Part shown: piece after piece, positions 47,930 through 56,303 of the stretch
Layout: every line of letters starts with the position of its first letter
Position numbering within the stretch: the first letter of the stretch is position 1
DNA from: an uncultured Candidatus Saccharibacteria bacterium
GTDB lineage: Bacteria > Patescibacteriota > Minisyncoccia > Phycocordibacterales > UBA9973
Length of the DNA stretch: 56,303 nt
Direction of reading: 5' to 3'
Assembly (NCBI GenBank): GCA_964624665.1
Contig: CAZUZG010000003.1
Coordinates: 1 to 56,303 of the forward strand
Notes under the pieces: generated by a model
Database searches by the model: none
What the model was told of the DNA's origin: nothing
What the model saw: only the letters and a program-made list of their open reading frames with translations
Position numbers and translations under genes: made by a program

Positions 47930-48457
47930 ATGGAAACTCCTGTAAATTATGTGCTTTCGTCAGCTTTCCTTGTTAGATGGCTCGAAATAGGATTCAAAAG
48001 AAAGCCAAAAGATGACAATGAAACTTTCAATAAAATCAAAATTTCTGAATTCAGGAATTTATCTTTTATTGAAGTTGAAGAATGTTTTGCGGCCCTGGGC
48101 GATGCCGATTCTTTAGCCAAGACGACAAATATACCAATAATCGTTTTGGAATATTTTCGCAATAAGCTGATTGAAATGAATCTTTGTGTTCCAGATGCAG
48201 TTTATTTGGCCGGAATATTGCCGGAAGATGAGCTGGCCGAACCGCTTTATTTAATTCTGCAGTATTTTATTAAAAAAGGAGTTATCACAATGGCTGATAT
48301 TAAAAACAGCTTTAAGGAGATAGCCCTTATAACAGATCTCCATGAAAGGGAAGTCCTCAATTTTATCAACAAATTGTCTGATGATTTGAGGAACAATCAT
48401 GAGGATATTTTAAGCCCCACAGGGCCCAAAATAGCTCGTGATTATAATTTAAATTAA
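47930..48457 (+). CDS. hypothetical protein (paralogue B)
   Basis: 175 aa; own terminator 48476-48504. Confidence 0.7.
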   Translation: METPVNYVLSSAFLVRWLEIGFKRKPKDDNETFNKIKISEFRNLSFIEVEECFAALGDADSLAKTTNIPIIVLEYFRNKLIEMNLCVPDAVYLAGILPEDELAEPLYLILQYFIKKGVITMADIKNSFKEIALITDLHEREVLNFINKLSDDLRNNHEDILSPTGPKIARDYNLN

Positions 48458-48685
48458 TTTTTTCATTGAAAGTTTAAAGCCCCTGAAAATATGGGGCTTT
48501 TTTTATTTGCTTTTATACTTGCTTTGTGGTACACTGCGTCCATAGTAATTTCCAAGATTGGGCACTCCTAAATGTTGAACATAAAGGTAGGCAAAATATG
48601 AGGCGATTACATTATTAATTAGTTTTGCTTTCTGTAATCTTAAATAATGTAAATTGTTGGGTTAGAGAAGGTTTATTGTCAAAAT

Positions 48686-49006
48686 ATGGCAAAGAAGTTA
48701 TACGTCGGTGGTTTGCCTTACAGCACCACAGATGACGAGTTAAAAGCTCATTTCGGTCAAGCTGGCGCAGTAGCATCAGCTACCATTATCATGGATAAGA
48801 TGTCTGGCCGATCCAAAGGTTTTGGATTCGTAGAGATGTCTTCAGATGAAGAAGCTGCAAATGCTATCAACATGTTTAATGGTAAAGACTTTGGCGGTCG
48901 CAATTTGACTGTCAACGAAGCTCGCCCAATGGAGGAACGACCTCAGAGGAGCGGCGGTTTCGGAGGAGGTAATGGCGGTTTCAACAGAGGCCGAAGAGAT
49001 TACTAA
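48686..49006 (+). CDS. RRM RNA-binding protein
   Basis: LYVGGL (RNP2), KGFGFVEM (RNP1), Gly-rich tail. Confidence 0.95.
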   Translation: MAKKLYVGGLPYSTTDDELKAHFGQAGAVASATIIMDKMSGRSKGFGFVEMSSDEEAANAINMFNGKDFGGRNLTVNEARPMEERPQRSGGFGGGNGGFNRGRRDY

Positions 49007-49036
49007 GCTCTGCGCTCGGATTTTGAAATAAATCTA

Positions 49037-49070
49037 AACAAAAAATCCCCTTTATTGGGGATTTTTTGTT
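49037..49070 (+). terminator. intrinsic terminator
   Basis: AACAAAAAATCCCC / GGGGATTTTTTGTT. Confidence 0.8.
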
Positions 49071-49148
49071 GCATTGACAGGTTAATGATTTGTTGGTAGG
49101 GTGGAGGTAAATAAACGGAGTTCTTAAACAATATAAATACTATAAAAT

Positions 49149-49412
49149 ATGAAAAAATTTTCACAAGAACAGTTAGCTCAAATAAATCAATTAAAGCCTG
49201 ATTTATGTTATCCTAATTTTGGGTCTAAAGGTGAATTAGATTGGCGAATCGATAGTAAGGGGAAAATAAATTGTTCTCTTGGATATGAAGCCAGAGATGT
49301 TGATGGCGATTGGGGTCCTGCTAGAACACATGAATTCGATGTGTCTTTCGAAAAATTATTGGAAATTATAAAGAATCCGGATCCTCATTTTGATACCAGG
49401 AGTTGGAATTAA
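49149..49412 (+). CDS. hypothetical protein
   Basis: 87 aa with own promoter (TTGACA 49074) and terminator 49433-49467. Confidence 0.7.
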   Translation: MKKFSQEQLAQINQLKPDLCYPNFGSKGELDWRIDSKGKINCSLGYEARDVDGDWGPARTHEFDVSFEKLLEIIKNPDPHFDTRSWN

Positions 49413-49528
49413 AAGATTGAAGTTAAGAATTTAAACCGCTCCAATTAATTTAAGGAGTGGTTTTTTTATTAATCAAAAACCATAAAATAATTGCTTAAAA
49501 TAGTGATTTTTGGTATATTTTCTCTACT

Positions 49529-49601
49529 GCGCGTGTAGCTCAGCTGGTAGAGCATTCGACTGATACTCGAAAGGTCCCAGGTTCGATCCCTGGCACGCGC
49601 A
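49529..49601 (+). tRNA. tRNA-Ile(GAT)
   Basis: Acceptor GCGCGTG/CACGCGC, D arm GCTC/GAGC, anticodon arm TTCGA-CTGATAC-TCGAA, T arm CCAGG-TTCGATC-CCTGG; CCA not encoded. Confidence 0.9.
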
Positions 49602-49603
49602 CA

Positions 49604-52156
49604 ATGAATTTTTCTACCTTTGCAAACTATGACGAGGGAAAAGCCCTTAAAGAGCTTGGTTCTGGAAAAGAAGGCTTAAGCGAAAAAGAAGCTCTGGATA
49701 GATTAAAAAAATACGGCACGAACAAGCTTCAAAACCATGAGATCAAATGGTGGCAATTATTGCTTCGCCAATTCAACACACCTTTTATTTATTTGCTTGT
49801 CGGCGCTTCTTTGCTGTCTTTTTTTCTTGGAGAGTTTGCCGATGGTGTTGTAATACTTATATTTATTTTTATAAATTCAATTCTCGGTTTCAGCAATGAA
49901 TATCACTCCAGTAAATCTTTGGATCTTTTAAAAAAATACACCGTATCTAAATCCAGGGTTTTGCGTGGAGGCAATGAGGCTGTTGTCGACAGTCAAAATC
50001 TTGTTCCCGGAGATATTATTATCGTAAATGCTGGCGACATAGTTCCTGCTGATATCAGGCTTTTAGAAACAAGCTCTCTTTCTGTCGATGAATCAATCCT
50101 TTCCGGCGAATCACTGCCTTCAGATAAATTTTCAAATTCTATTTCCAAGGAAAATATTCCGTTATATCAAGCTCAAAATATTTTATTTTCCGGCGCGACA
50201 GTTTTGGCCGGCAAGGGTATCGGTGTTGTGTTTGCAACCGGTAAAAATTCCAATATTGGAATGATTTCCAGTCTTGCTTTGGAGACTTACAGTGAAAGCT
50301 CTTTCGAGAAAAATATTTCAAAATTCAGCCGATTTATTTTGAGAATGATCGTGCTTATAATTACAATACTTTTTATTGCGAATGCCGCGATAAAGGGAAG
50401 GGGATCAAATACTTTTGAATTGCTTTTATTCTCTATTGCTCTTGCGGTATCGGTCGTGCCGGAAGCTTTGCCTGTTGTTACAACGATTGCCTTGTCTAAG
50501 GGGGCAATAAGGCTGGCAAAAGACAAAGTAGTCGTTAAAAGGCTTTCCGCGGTCGAAGATTTGGGCAGCATCGAGGTTTTGTGTACAGATAAAACCGGCA
50601 CTTTAACAGAGAATAAATTGACCGTGAGCGATATTTTGTCGGACGACAAAGAAAAGACGGTTTTTTATTCTGCTCTCGGCAATGCAATATTTAAAACCGG
50701 GGAAGAATCTCTCGATTCTTTTGATATAGCACTTTTCAATCATCTCAATGAAACAGATAAAAAAAGGCTCGAGACTTATTCAAAGATCGATGAAATACCC
50801 TTCGATCCGATTCGCCGACGACATACTGTCGTAGTAAGAAATGAGAATGAATGCATGCTTATTGTTCGAGGCGCGCCGGAAGTTGTTTTTAATTTATGTT
50901 CCGCCTTGCCAGTTAAAGACATTGAATCCATGCGCCGATGGATCTCTGAAATGGGCAAGGACGGCAAGCGAGTTATTGCTGTTGCTCAAAAAGCCGTTAG
51001 CCTGGCCGACTGCAAAATCACCAAGCATGAGGAAAATCTTGTTCTTTTAGGGCTGATTTCATTTGTTGACCCTATTAAAAGCACAACTGTTGAAACTTTG
51101 AGACAGGCAAAGCTTTTGGGTGTAAATATAAAAATATTGACTGGCGATAGCTTGGAGGTGGCTGCCGCTGTCGCTAAATCTGTCGGCTTGATAAAAGATC
51201 AATCCGAGGCCATTACCGGCGAGGATTTTTTTATAAAAGATGGATCAGAAGAAGATCTGGCAAAAAGAGCCGAGCAGATAAAAGTTTTTGCCCGCATGAC
51301 GCCAGAGCAGAAATATAAAATTATAGAAATTTTACAGAAAAAATATGAAGTCGGATTTTTGGGCGAGGGCATTAATGATGCGCCGGCTCTCAAATTAGCC
51401 AATGTTGGCATAGTTGTAGAGAGCGCTTCAGATTTGTCTCGTAATGCCGCAGATATCGTTCTTTTGCAGAGAAGCCTCGGCGTGATTATTAAAGGCATTC
51501 GTGACGGCCGGTCGATTTTTGAAAATACCGTCAAATACATAAAAACGACGCTTATTTCAAATTTCGGCAATTTTTATACTGTATCTGTTGCCGCGCTTCT
51601 TATACCTACACTCCCAATGTTGCCGGGGCAAATTCTTCTTCTTAATCTTCTTTCAGATTTTCCAATGATTGCCATTTCTACCGATAGAGTCAATGAAGCC
51701 CAGCTTCGAAGGCCGAGATCGTATCAAGTCAGAGAGATTTTATTTATCTCTATTATCCTGGGCCTAGTCAGCAGTATTTTTGATTTCTTTTTCTTTATTG
51801 CCTTCAATCATCCCGGCCAGCCAAAAATGCTTCAAACTCATTGGTTCATCGGCAGTGCGCTAACAGAGCTGGCTTTAATTTTTTCCATACGCACTCGTTT
51901 GCCATTCTGGCAGGGCAGAGGGCCTACAGCGTCGCTTTTCGGCCTATCAATACTTGCCGGACTGACAGCGATAATTATTCCTTTCACATCCTTTGGCCAA
52001 AGAGTTTTTGGTTTTATGCGGCCGGAATTAAAATCATTGGGAATTATTGCGATTATTGTCACTGCATATTTTATTGTTACAGAAATCTTAAAAGTTTTTT
52101 ATTATCGCCGCGAATTAAATGTTGATCCGGTTTACATAAATAAAAAACTCCAATGA
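49604..52156 (+). CDS. mgtA: Mg2+-transporting P-type ATPase
   Basis: SGES, PEALP, DKTGT, TGD, GEGINDAP, ISNFGN. Confidence 0.88.
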   Translation: MNFSTFANYDEGKALKELGSGKEGLSEKEALDRLKKYGTNKLQNHEIKWWQLLLRQFNTPFIYLLVGASLLSFFLGEFADGVVILIFIFINSILGFSNEYHSSKSLDLLKKYTVSKSRVLRGGNEAVVDSQNLVPGDIIIVNAGDIVPADIRLLETSSLSVDESILSGESLPSDKFSNSISKENIPLYQAQNILFSGATVLAGKGIGVVFATGKNSNIGMISSLALETYSESSFEKNISKFSRFILRMIVLIITILFIANAAIKGRGSNTFELLLFSIALAVSVVPEALPVVTTIALSKGAIRLAKDKVVVKRLSAVEDLGSIEVLCTDKTGTLTENKLTVSDILSDDKEKTVFYSALGNAIFKTGEESLDSFDIALFNHLNETDKKRLETYSKIDEIPFDPIRRRHTVVVRNENECMLIVRGAPEVVFNLCSALPVKDIESMRRWISEMGKDGKRVIAVAQKAVSLADCKITKHEENLVLLGLISFVDPIKSTTVETLRQAKLLGVNIKILTGDSLEVAAAVAKSVGLIKDQSEAITGEDFFIKDGSEEDLAKRAEQIKVFARMTPEQKYKIIEILQKKYEVGFLGEGINDAPALKLANVGIVVESASDLSRNAADIVLLQRSLGVIIKGIRDGRSIFENTVKYIKTTLISNFGNFYTVSVAALLIPTLPMLPGQILLLNLLSDFPMIAISTDRVNEAQLRRPRSYQVREILFISIILGLVSSIFDFFFFIAFNHPGQPKMLQTHWFIGSALTELALIFSIRTRLPFWQGRGPTASLFGLSILAGLTAIIIPFTSFGQRVFGFMRPELKSLGIIAIIVTAYFIVTEILKVFYYRRELNVDPVYINKKLQ

Positions 52157-52407
52157 AAACATTTTCAGAAAAAGTTTATGCAATAGTCAGCAAGATTCCG
52201 AAAGGAGAGACTATGACTTACAAGCAGGTCGCCCAGCTTGCCGGCAATCCGTTAGCTTTTCGAGCGGTTGGAAATATTTTAAATAAAAATTATGACCCCA
52301 ATATCCCATGTCATCGAGTTATCCGCTCCGACGGCAAAGCCGGCGGTTATAACCGCGGCTCAGAAAATAAAATAAAAATCTTAAAAAAGGAAGGTTTTGT
52401 AAAATAG
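52153..52407 (+). CDS. MGMT-family methylated-DNA cysteine methyltransferase (C-domain only)
   Basis: RAVG, IPCHRV. Confidence 0.9.
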   Translation: MKTFSEKVYAIVSKIPKGETMTYKQVAQLAGNPLAFRAVGNILNKNYDPNIPCHRVIRSDGKAGGYNRGSENKIKILKKEGFVK

Positions 52408-52503
52408 CTATCCAAACATCGCCCCAGGTTCGGAGCATAAAAAGTCCGATAAAAACCTTTTTTAGAAAGGGCTTTATGATAGATATAAATAAAAAACCAC
52501 CCG

Positions 52504-52659
52504 TCAATCCGGGTGGTAATTATCATATTCATCAAAATTCAATGATAATTGTTTTTCTTTGTTAGTCTGTTTGTTGCTATATTTTTTGCGTATTTTTATC
52601 GCAAATCCGGCTATGGCAGCTATGGCAACGCCGGCCAATATCAACTCTGTTGCTGTCAT
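52504..52659 (-). CDS. small single-TM protein (51 aa)
   Basis: Hand-read MTATELILAGVAIAAIAGFAIKIRKKY...; stop lies within hairpin ACCACCCG/CGGGTGGT. Confidence 0.55.
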   Translation of the reverse strand: MTATELILAGVAIAAIAGFAIKIRKKYSNKQTNKEKQLSLNFDEYDNYHPD

Positions 52660-52756
52660 GGTATATATTTTAAGGTTTATCTGCGATCAGTATATCAGAT
52701 TTTTTGTGATATAATCAAATTTGTCGGGTTATTAATTTAATTTTTATTTAAATTAT

Positions 52757-53143
52757 ATGGATATACTATTTGTTCTCGGTAGAATTTTATTTGGCGGATT
52801 TTTTATGATGTCGGGCATCAATCATTTCAAGCATATGAATATGATGGCTCCTTATGCCGCCTCAAAAGGCATTCCAATGCCTAAAACTTTAGTCGGCTTA
52901 TCCGGCCTGATGATCCTTTTGGGCGGTCTCGGAATTGTTTTTGGTATTTATGTCCAAATATCTGTTTTACTGATTTCTCTATTTCTTTTCGTTGTTAGTT
53001 TCAAAATGCACGATTTTTGGACAGTGACTGATCCGGGAGAAAAAATGGCTCAGTCAACAAACTTCAAAAAGAATATGGCCCTATTGGGCGCCGCTTTGAT
53101 GATGCTCATGATACAGACTCCTTGGGCATGGGCATTATTTTAA
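52757..53143 (+). CDS. DoxX family membrane protein
   Basis: GRILFGGFF, HDFW, FKKNMAL. Confidence 0.9.
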   Translation: MDILFVLGRILFGGFFMMSGINHFKHMNMMAPYAASKGIPMPKTLVGLSGLMILLGGLGIVFGIYVQISVLLISLFLFVVSFKMHDFWTVTDPGEKMAQSTNFKKNMALLGAALMMLMIQTPWAWALF

Positions 53144-53147
53144 ATTT

Positions 53148-53585
53148 ATGAAAATTGAAAGCGAGGCTTTTGCAAATAACGGCAATATTCCAAAAACTTA
53201 TACTTGCGACGGGGTAAATATAAATCCGCCTCTTTTAATCAGCAATGTTCCGGAAAAAGCAAAAAGCCTGGCTATCATCGTGGATGATCCGGATGCCCCG
53301 AATGGAACTTGGAACCATTTTATAATCTGGAATATTGATCCGAAAATACAAAAAATAGAAGAAGGCAAATTGAAAGCCGGCACGATTGGCGGAAACTCCA
53401 GAGGTCATTTAGGCTATGATGGCCCGTGTCCGCCGGACGGCGAGCATCACTATGTTTTCAAGCTTTATGCCTTGGATAAAATTCTCGATTTGCCGTCGGG
53501 TGCAAATAAAAAAGAACTTATATTGTCGATGGACGGCCATATTCTGGAAGAAGCCGAATTGATAGGCAAATATAACAGAACTTAA
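53148..53585 (+). CDS. YbhB/YbcL (PEBP/Raf kinase inhibitor-like) protein
   Basis: DDPDAP, GYDGPCPP, HHYVFKLYALD. Confidence 0.92.
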   Translation: MKIESEAFANNGNIPKTYTCDGVNINPPLLISNVPEKAKSLAIIVDDPDAPNGTWNHFIIWNIDPKIQKIEEGKLKAGTIGGNSRGHLGYDGPCPPDGEHHYVFKLYALDKILDLPSGANKKELILSMDGHILEEAELIGKYNRT

Positions 53586-54266
53586 ATGTCTAAATTTTAT
53601 GTTGTAGCAACACCAATAGGCAATCTGGAAGATATTACGCTGAGAGCTCTGAGAGTTCTTGGCGAGGTCGATTTAATCCTTTGCGAAGATACGCGCGTGA
53701 CCAAAAAACTTCTGGACCGATATGAAATAAAAAAACCGACCCAGAGCTATCACAGCCAGTCGAAAATATCCAAGGTTAACCATATCTTTGACCTGCTCAG
53801 AGAAGATAAAAATTTGGCATTAGTTTCAGATGCCGGCACGCCGTGTATTTCAGATCCGGGCGTCGCTCTGATCGAAGCTATTAGGAATGAATTTGGCGGC
53901 GAGATTGAGATTATTAGCATTCCTGGTCCATCAGCTTTGACCGCCGGCTTGTCGATCGCAGGTTTCCCGACTCATGAATTTACTTTCTTTGGATTTCTGC
54001 CTCACAAAAAAGGCAGGGAAACTTTGTTTAAAGAAATGGCATCATCTCAGCGAACTTCTGTTTTCTATGAATCTCCGCATAGAATTTTAAAGACATTGGA
54101 ATCGTTGAATAAATTTATGCCGGAAAAAAAAATAGGCCTGATGCGAGAACTTACAAAAATCCATGAACAAGCCTTGATCGGCGCATCGAAAGAATTATTG
54201 AATTATTTTATAAATAATCCTGACAAAATAAGGGGTGAATTTGTCGTGATTATTTCGGCTAAATAG
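53586..54266 (+). CDS. rsmI: 16S rRNA C1402 2'-O-methyltransferase
   Basis: VATPIGNLEDIT, SDAGTP.ISDPG, YESPHR, RELTK.HE. Confidence 0.95.
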   Translation: MSKFYVVATPIGNLEDITLRALRVLGEVDLILCEDTRVTKKLLDRYEIKKPTQSYHSQSKISKVNHIFDLLREDKNLALVSDAGTPCISDPGVALIEAIRNEFGGEIEIISIPGPSALTAGLSIAGFPTHEFTFFGFLPHKKGRETLFKEMASSQRTSVFYESPHRILKTLESLNKFMPEKKIGLMRELTKIHEQALIGASKELLNYFINNPDKIRGEFVVIISAK

Positions 54267-54280
54267 GTTATAATATCCCC

Positions 54281-54499
54281 ATGTCAAAACAAAGGACAAT
54301 TTTCATTTTGGGCTTATTTACAGCATTGTTGCCATTTCTAGGTTTTCCAAATTCATGGCGCAGAATCATTATTTTAATCTTGGGCCTCAGTATTTCCTAC
54401 TTGGCTTACATTCTTTATCGAGAGGGGAAAAATGCGTCATTATTAAAAAATGGCAAAACTGGCACCTATACGGACAATCGACACGAGCTGGACAAATAA
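54281..54499 (+). CDS. small two-TM protein
   Basis: LPFLGFP.SW pattern. Confidence 0.7.
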   Translation: MSKQRTIFILGLFTALLPFLGFPNSWRRIIILILGLSISYLAYILYREGKNASLLKNGKTGTYTDNRHELDK

Positions 54500-54515
54500 T
54501 TTGATCAAGTTAAAA

Positions 54516-55730
54516 ATGTCATCAAATCTTAAGCGAATTTTAATAATTATCGGATCAGCTATTTTGATGGCGGGACTTTTTCTTTCCGGTTTTTATTTCG
54601 GCTTAAAAAGAAATCGCGCCGATAAATTTTCCGGTATTATGAATGCTGAAAAAAGCGAAGTTGTTGCCGCATCACAGGCTGATTTTGAGCCATTTTGGAA
54701 AGTTTGGAGCTTGATCAATGAAAAATACCCCAATGGCAAGGTTTCTGATCAAGAAAAGGTCTGGGGCGCAATTTCAGGCTTAGCCAGCTCCTTAGGCGAC
54801 CCATATACCGTTTTCTTTCCGCCAAGCGAAACCAAGCTCTTTAAAGACACCATTACAGGAGAATTTGGCGGCGTTGGCATGGAGGTCGGAATTAAAGATA
54901 ACATCTTGACAGTTATTGCGCCGCTTAAAAATACTCCGGCTTACGCTGCTGACATAAAAACTGGCGACAAAATATTTAAAATAGATGACACTTTGACCGC
55001 CGACCTGACCATCGATAAAGCCGTTTCTATAATACGCGGCCCGAAGGGTACAAAAGTTAAATTGTCTATCGTCAGAGAGGGCGAGAGTGAGCCCAAAGAA
55101 ATAACGATTGTTCGCGATATTATTTCTGCGCCGACACTAGATACTGAAAAACGAGCCGATGGAATTTTTGTCATAAAGCTTTACAGCTTTTCAGCTAATT
55201 CTACTTTTCTATTCCGTGACGCCTTAAGAGAGTTTATCCAATCCGGCGACACAAAATTGATACTAGATATGCGGGGCAATCCGGGCGGCTATCTTGATGC
55301 GGCTGTCGACATAGCTAGCTGGTTTTTGCCGATCGGTAAAACAATAGTTTCTGAAAATTTCGGAGAAAAGTCTTCTGAAACCGTTCATCGCAGCAAAGGC
55401 TACAATATTTTCAATAAAAATCTAAAGATGATTATTTTGGTTGATGGCGGTTCGGCTTCAGCTTCAGAGATTTTGGCCGGAGCTTTGAATGAACATGGCA
55501 TTGCCAAACTTGTCGGCGACAAGACTTATGGCAAAGGCTCTGTCCAAGAATTGATAAATATTACTGACGATACAGCTCTCAAGGTTACCGTTGCCAAGTG
55601 GTTTACGCCAAATGGCGTATCGATCTCAGAAAAAGGCTTGGAGCCTGATGTGAAAGTTAAAGTTACCAAAGAGGATTTGGAAAATAAGATTGATCCTCAA
55701 TTAAACAAAGCATTAGAATTATTAAAATAA
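54516..55730 (+). CDS. ctpA: S41 C-terminal processing peptidase
   Basis: LGDPYT, PDZ domain, DMRGNPGG, SASASEI, GKGSVQ. Confidence 0.92.
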   Translation: MSSNLKRILIIIGSAILMAGLFLSGFYFGLKRNRADKFSGIMNAEKSEVVAASQADFEPFWKVWSLINEKYPNGKVSDQEKVWGAISGLASSLGDPYTVFFPPSETKLFKDTITGEFGGVGMEVGIKDNILTVIAPLKNTPAYAADIKTGDKIFKIDDTLTADLTIDKAVSIIRGPKGTKVKLSIVREGESEPKEITIVRDIISAPTLDTEKRADGIFVIKLYSFSANSTFLFRDALREFIQSGDTKLILDMRGNPGGYLDAAVDIASWFLPIGKTIVSENFGEKSSETVHRSKGYNIFNKNLKMIILVDGGSASASEILAGALNEHGIAKLVGDKTYGKGSVQELINITDDTALKVTVAKWFTPNGVSISEKGLEPDVKVKVTKEDLENKIDPQLNKALELLK

Positions 55731-55785
55731 TTAAATCAAGCGTCGCGCTTCAAAGGACGGTGCGCGACATGATTTCGACAAAATC

Positions 55786-56229
55786 ATGAAAGTTATACTT
55801 CTAAAAGATATTCCAAAAATAGGCAAAAAATACGATATCAAAGACATCAATGACGGCCATGCGACCAACTTATTGATTCCAAAAAAATTGGTCGAACCGG
55901 CAACACCCAAAAGAGTAGCTGAAATTGAAGCGATCAAAAAGGGGATTCAGATCGAAAAGAATACGCAAGAAGGTATTCTTAATAAGAACTTGGAAAAAAT
56001 CAGCGGTTTGAATCTTGTTATAAAAGGCAAAGCCAGTGAATCGGGTAGCCTTTTTTCCGGCATCCGCAAAGAAGATATTTTGGAAAAAATGAAAAAAGAT
56101 CATGGGGTGGAAATTTCACCTGAGTATCTGATATTAGAAAAACCTATCAAGGAAATAGGGGAGCATTCAATCCCTGTTCAGGCCAAAAACAAAAAAGTTT
56201 CCTTCAGTCTAATTATTGAAAAAGCCTAA
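55786..56229 (+). CDS. rplI: 50S ribosomal protein L9
   Basis: MKVILLKD, G...N.LIP, LFSG, PIKEIG. Confidence 0.93.
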   Translation: MKVILLKDIPKIGKKYDIKDINDGHATNLLIPKKLVEPATPKRVAEIEAIKKGIQIEKNTQEGILNKNLEKISGLNLVIKGKASESGSLFSGIRKEDILEKMKKDHGVEISPEYLILEKPIKEIGEHSIPVQAKNKKVSFSLIIEKA

Positions 56230-56303
56230 AAACCCAATAAATACAGGCTCTTGCAGTAGGGTGTCCAACAAAGGAGCTTGTGCGACAGGGCTTTATTTTA
56301 AGG

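Noticed and set aside
51355-51385. Inactive ATPase because of GEGIND instead of GDGIND
   Set aside because: DKTGT and the other motifs are intact; a conservative D-to-E change is weak evidence

Overview
The window is a mosaic of two genome styles. About 1.55-30.6 kb reads as Bacteroidota mobile DNA: A-rich starts without Shine-Dalgarno, two T9SS C-terminal-domain proteins, an S74-chaperone fibre, a double-OmpA protein and SymE. It contains an integrative mobilisable element (tyrosine integrase, excisionase-like HTH, VirD4-type coupling protein, MobC-like protein, MOBP relaxase, oriT). Its att core is a tRNA-Met 3' fragment with arm repeats on both sides (attP-like). Cargo includes a CmdTAC-like toxin-antitoxin-chaperone trio, a C39/papain-like protease with a small partner, and a NYN-LOTUS protein. 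From 30.65 kb to the end the DNA is typical Patescibacteria (CPR, Parcubacteria-like) chromosome: rpiB, rpe, split transketolase, pfkB, fba, class I lysS, rplY, rpmE, prfA, tRNA-Ile, mgtA, rsmI, ctpA, rplI. At the junction a perfect sigma70 promoter drives an approximately 250-nt multi-stem RNA with a predicted 8-bp pseudoknot, ending in a terminator directly before an Xer-like tyrosine recombinase. This is the best candidate for an undescribed system. Other highlights are a NYN nuclease with a convergent promoter-driven small hairpin RNA and a shared basic C-terminal tail on the integrase, relaxase and two small proteins. All calls come from motif recognition by eye; no searches or folding were run, and a chimeric assembly cannot be excluded.
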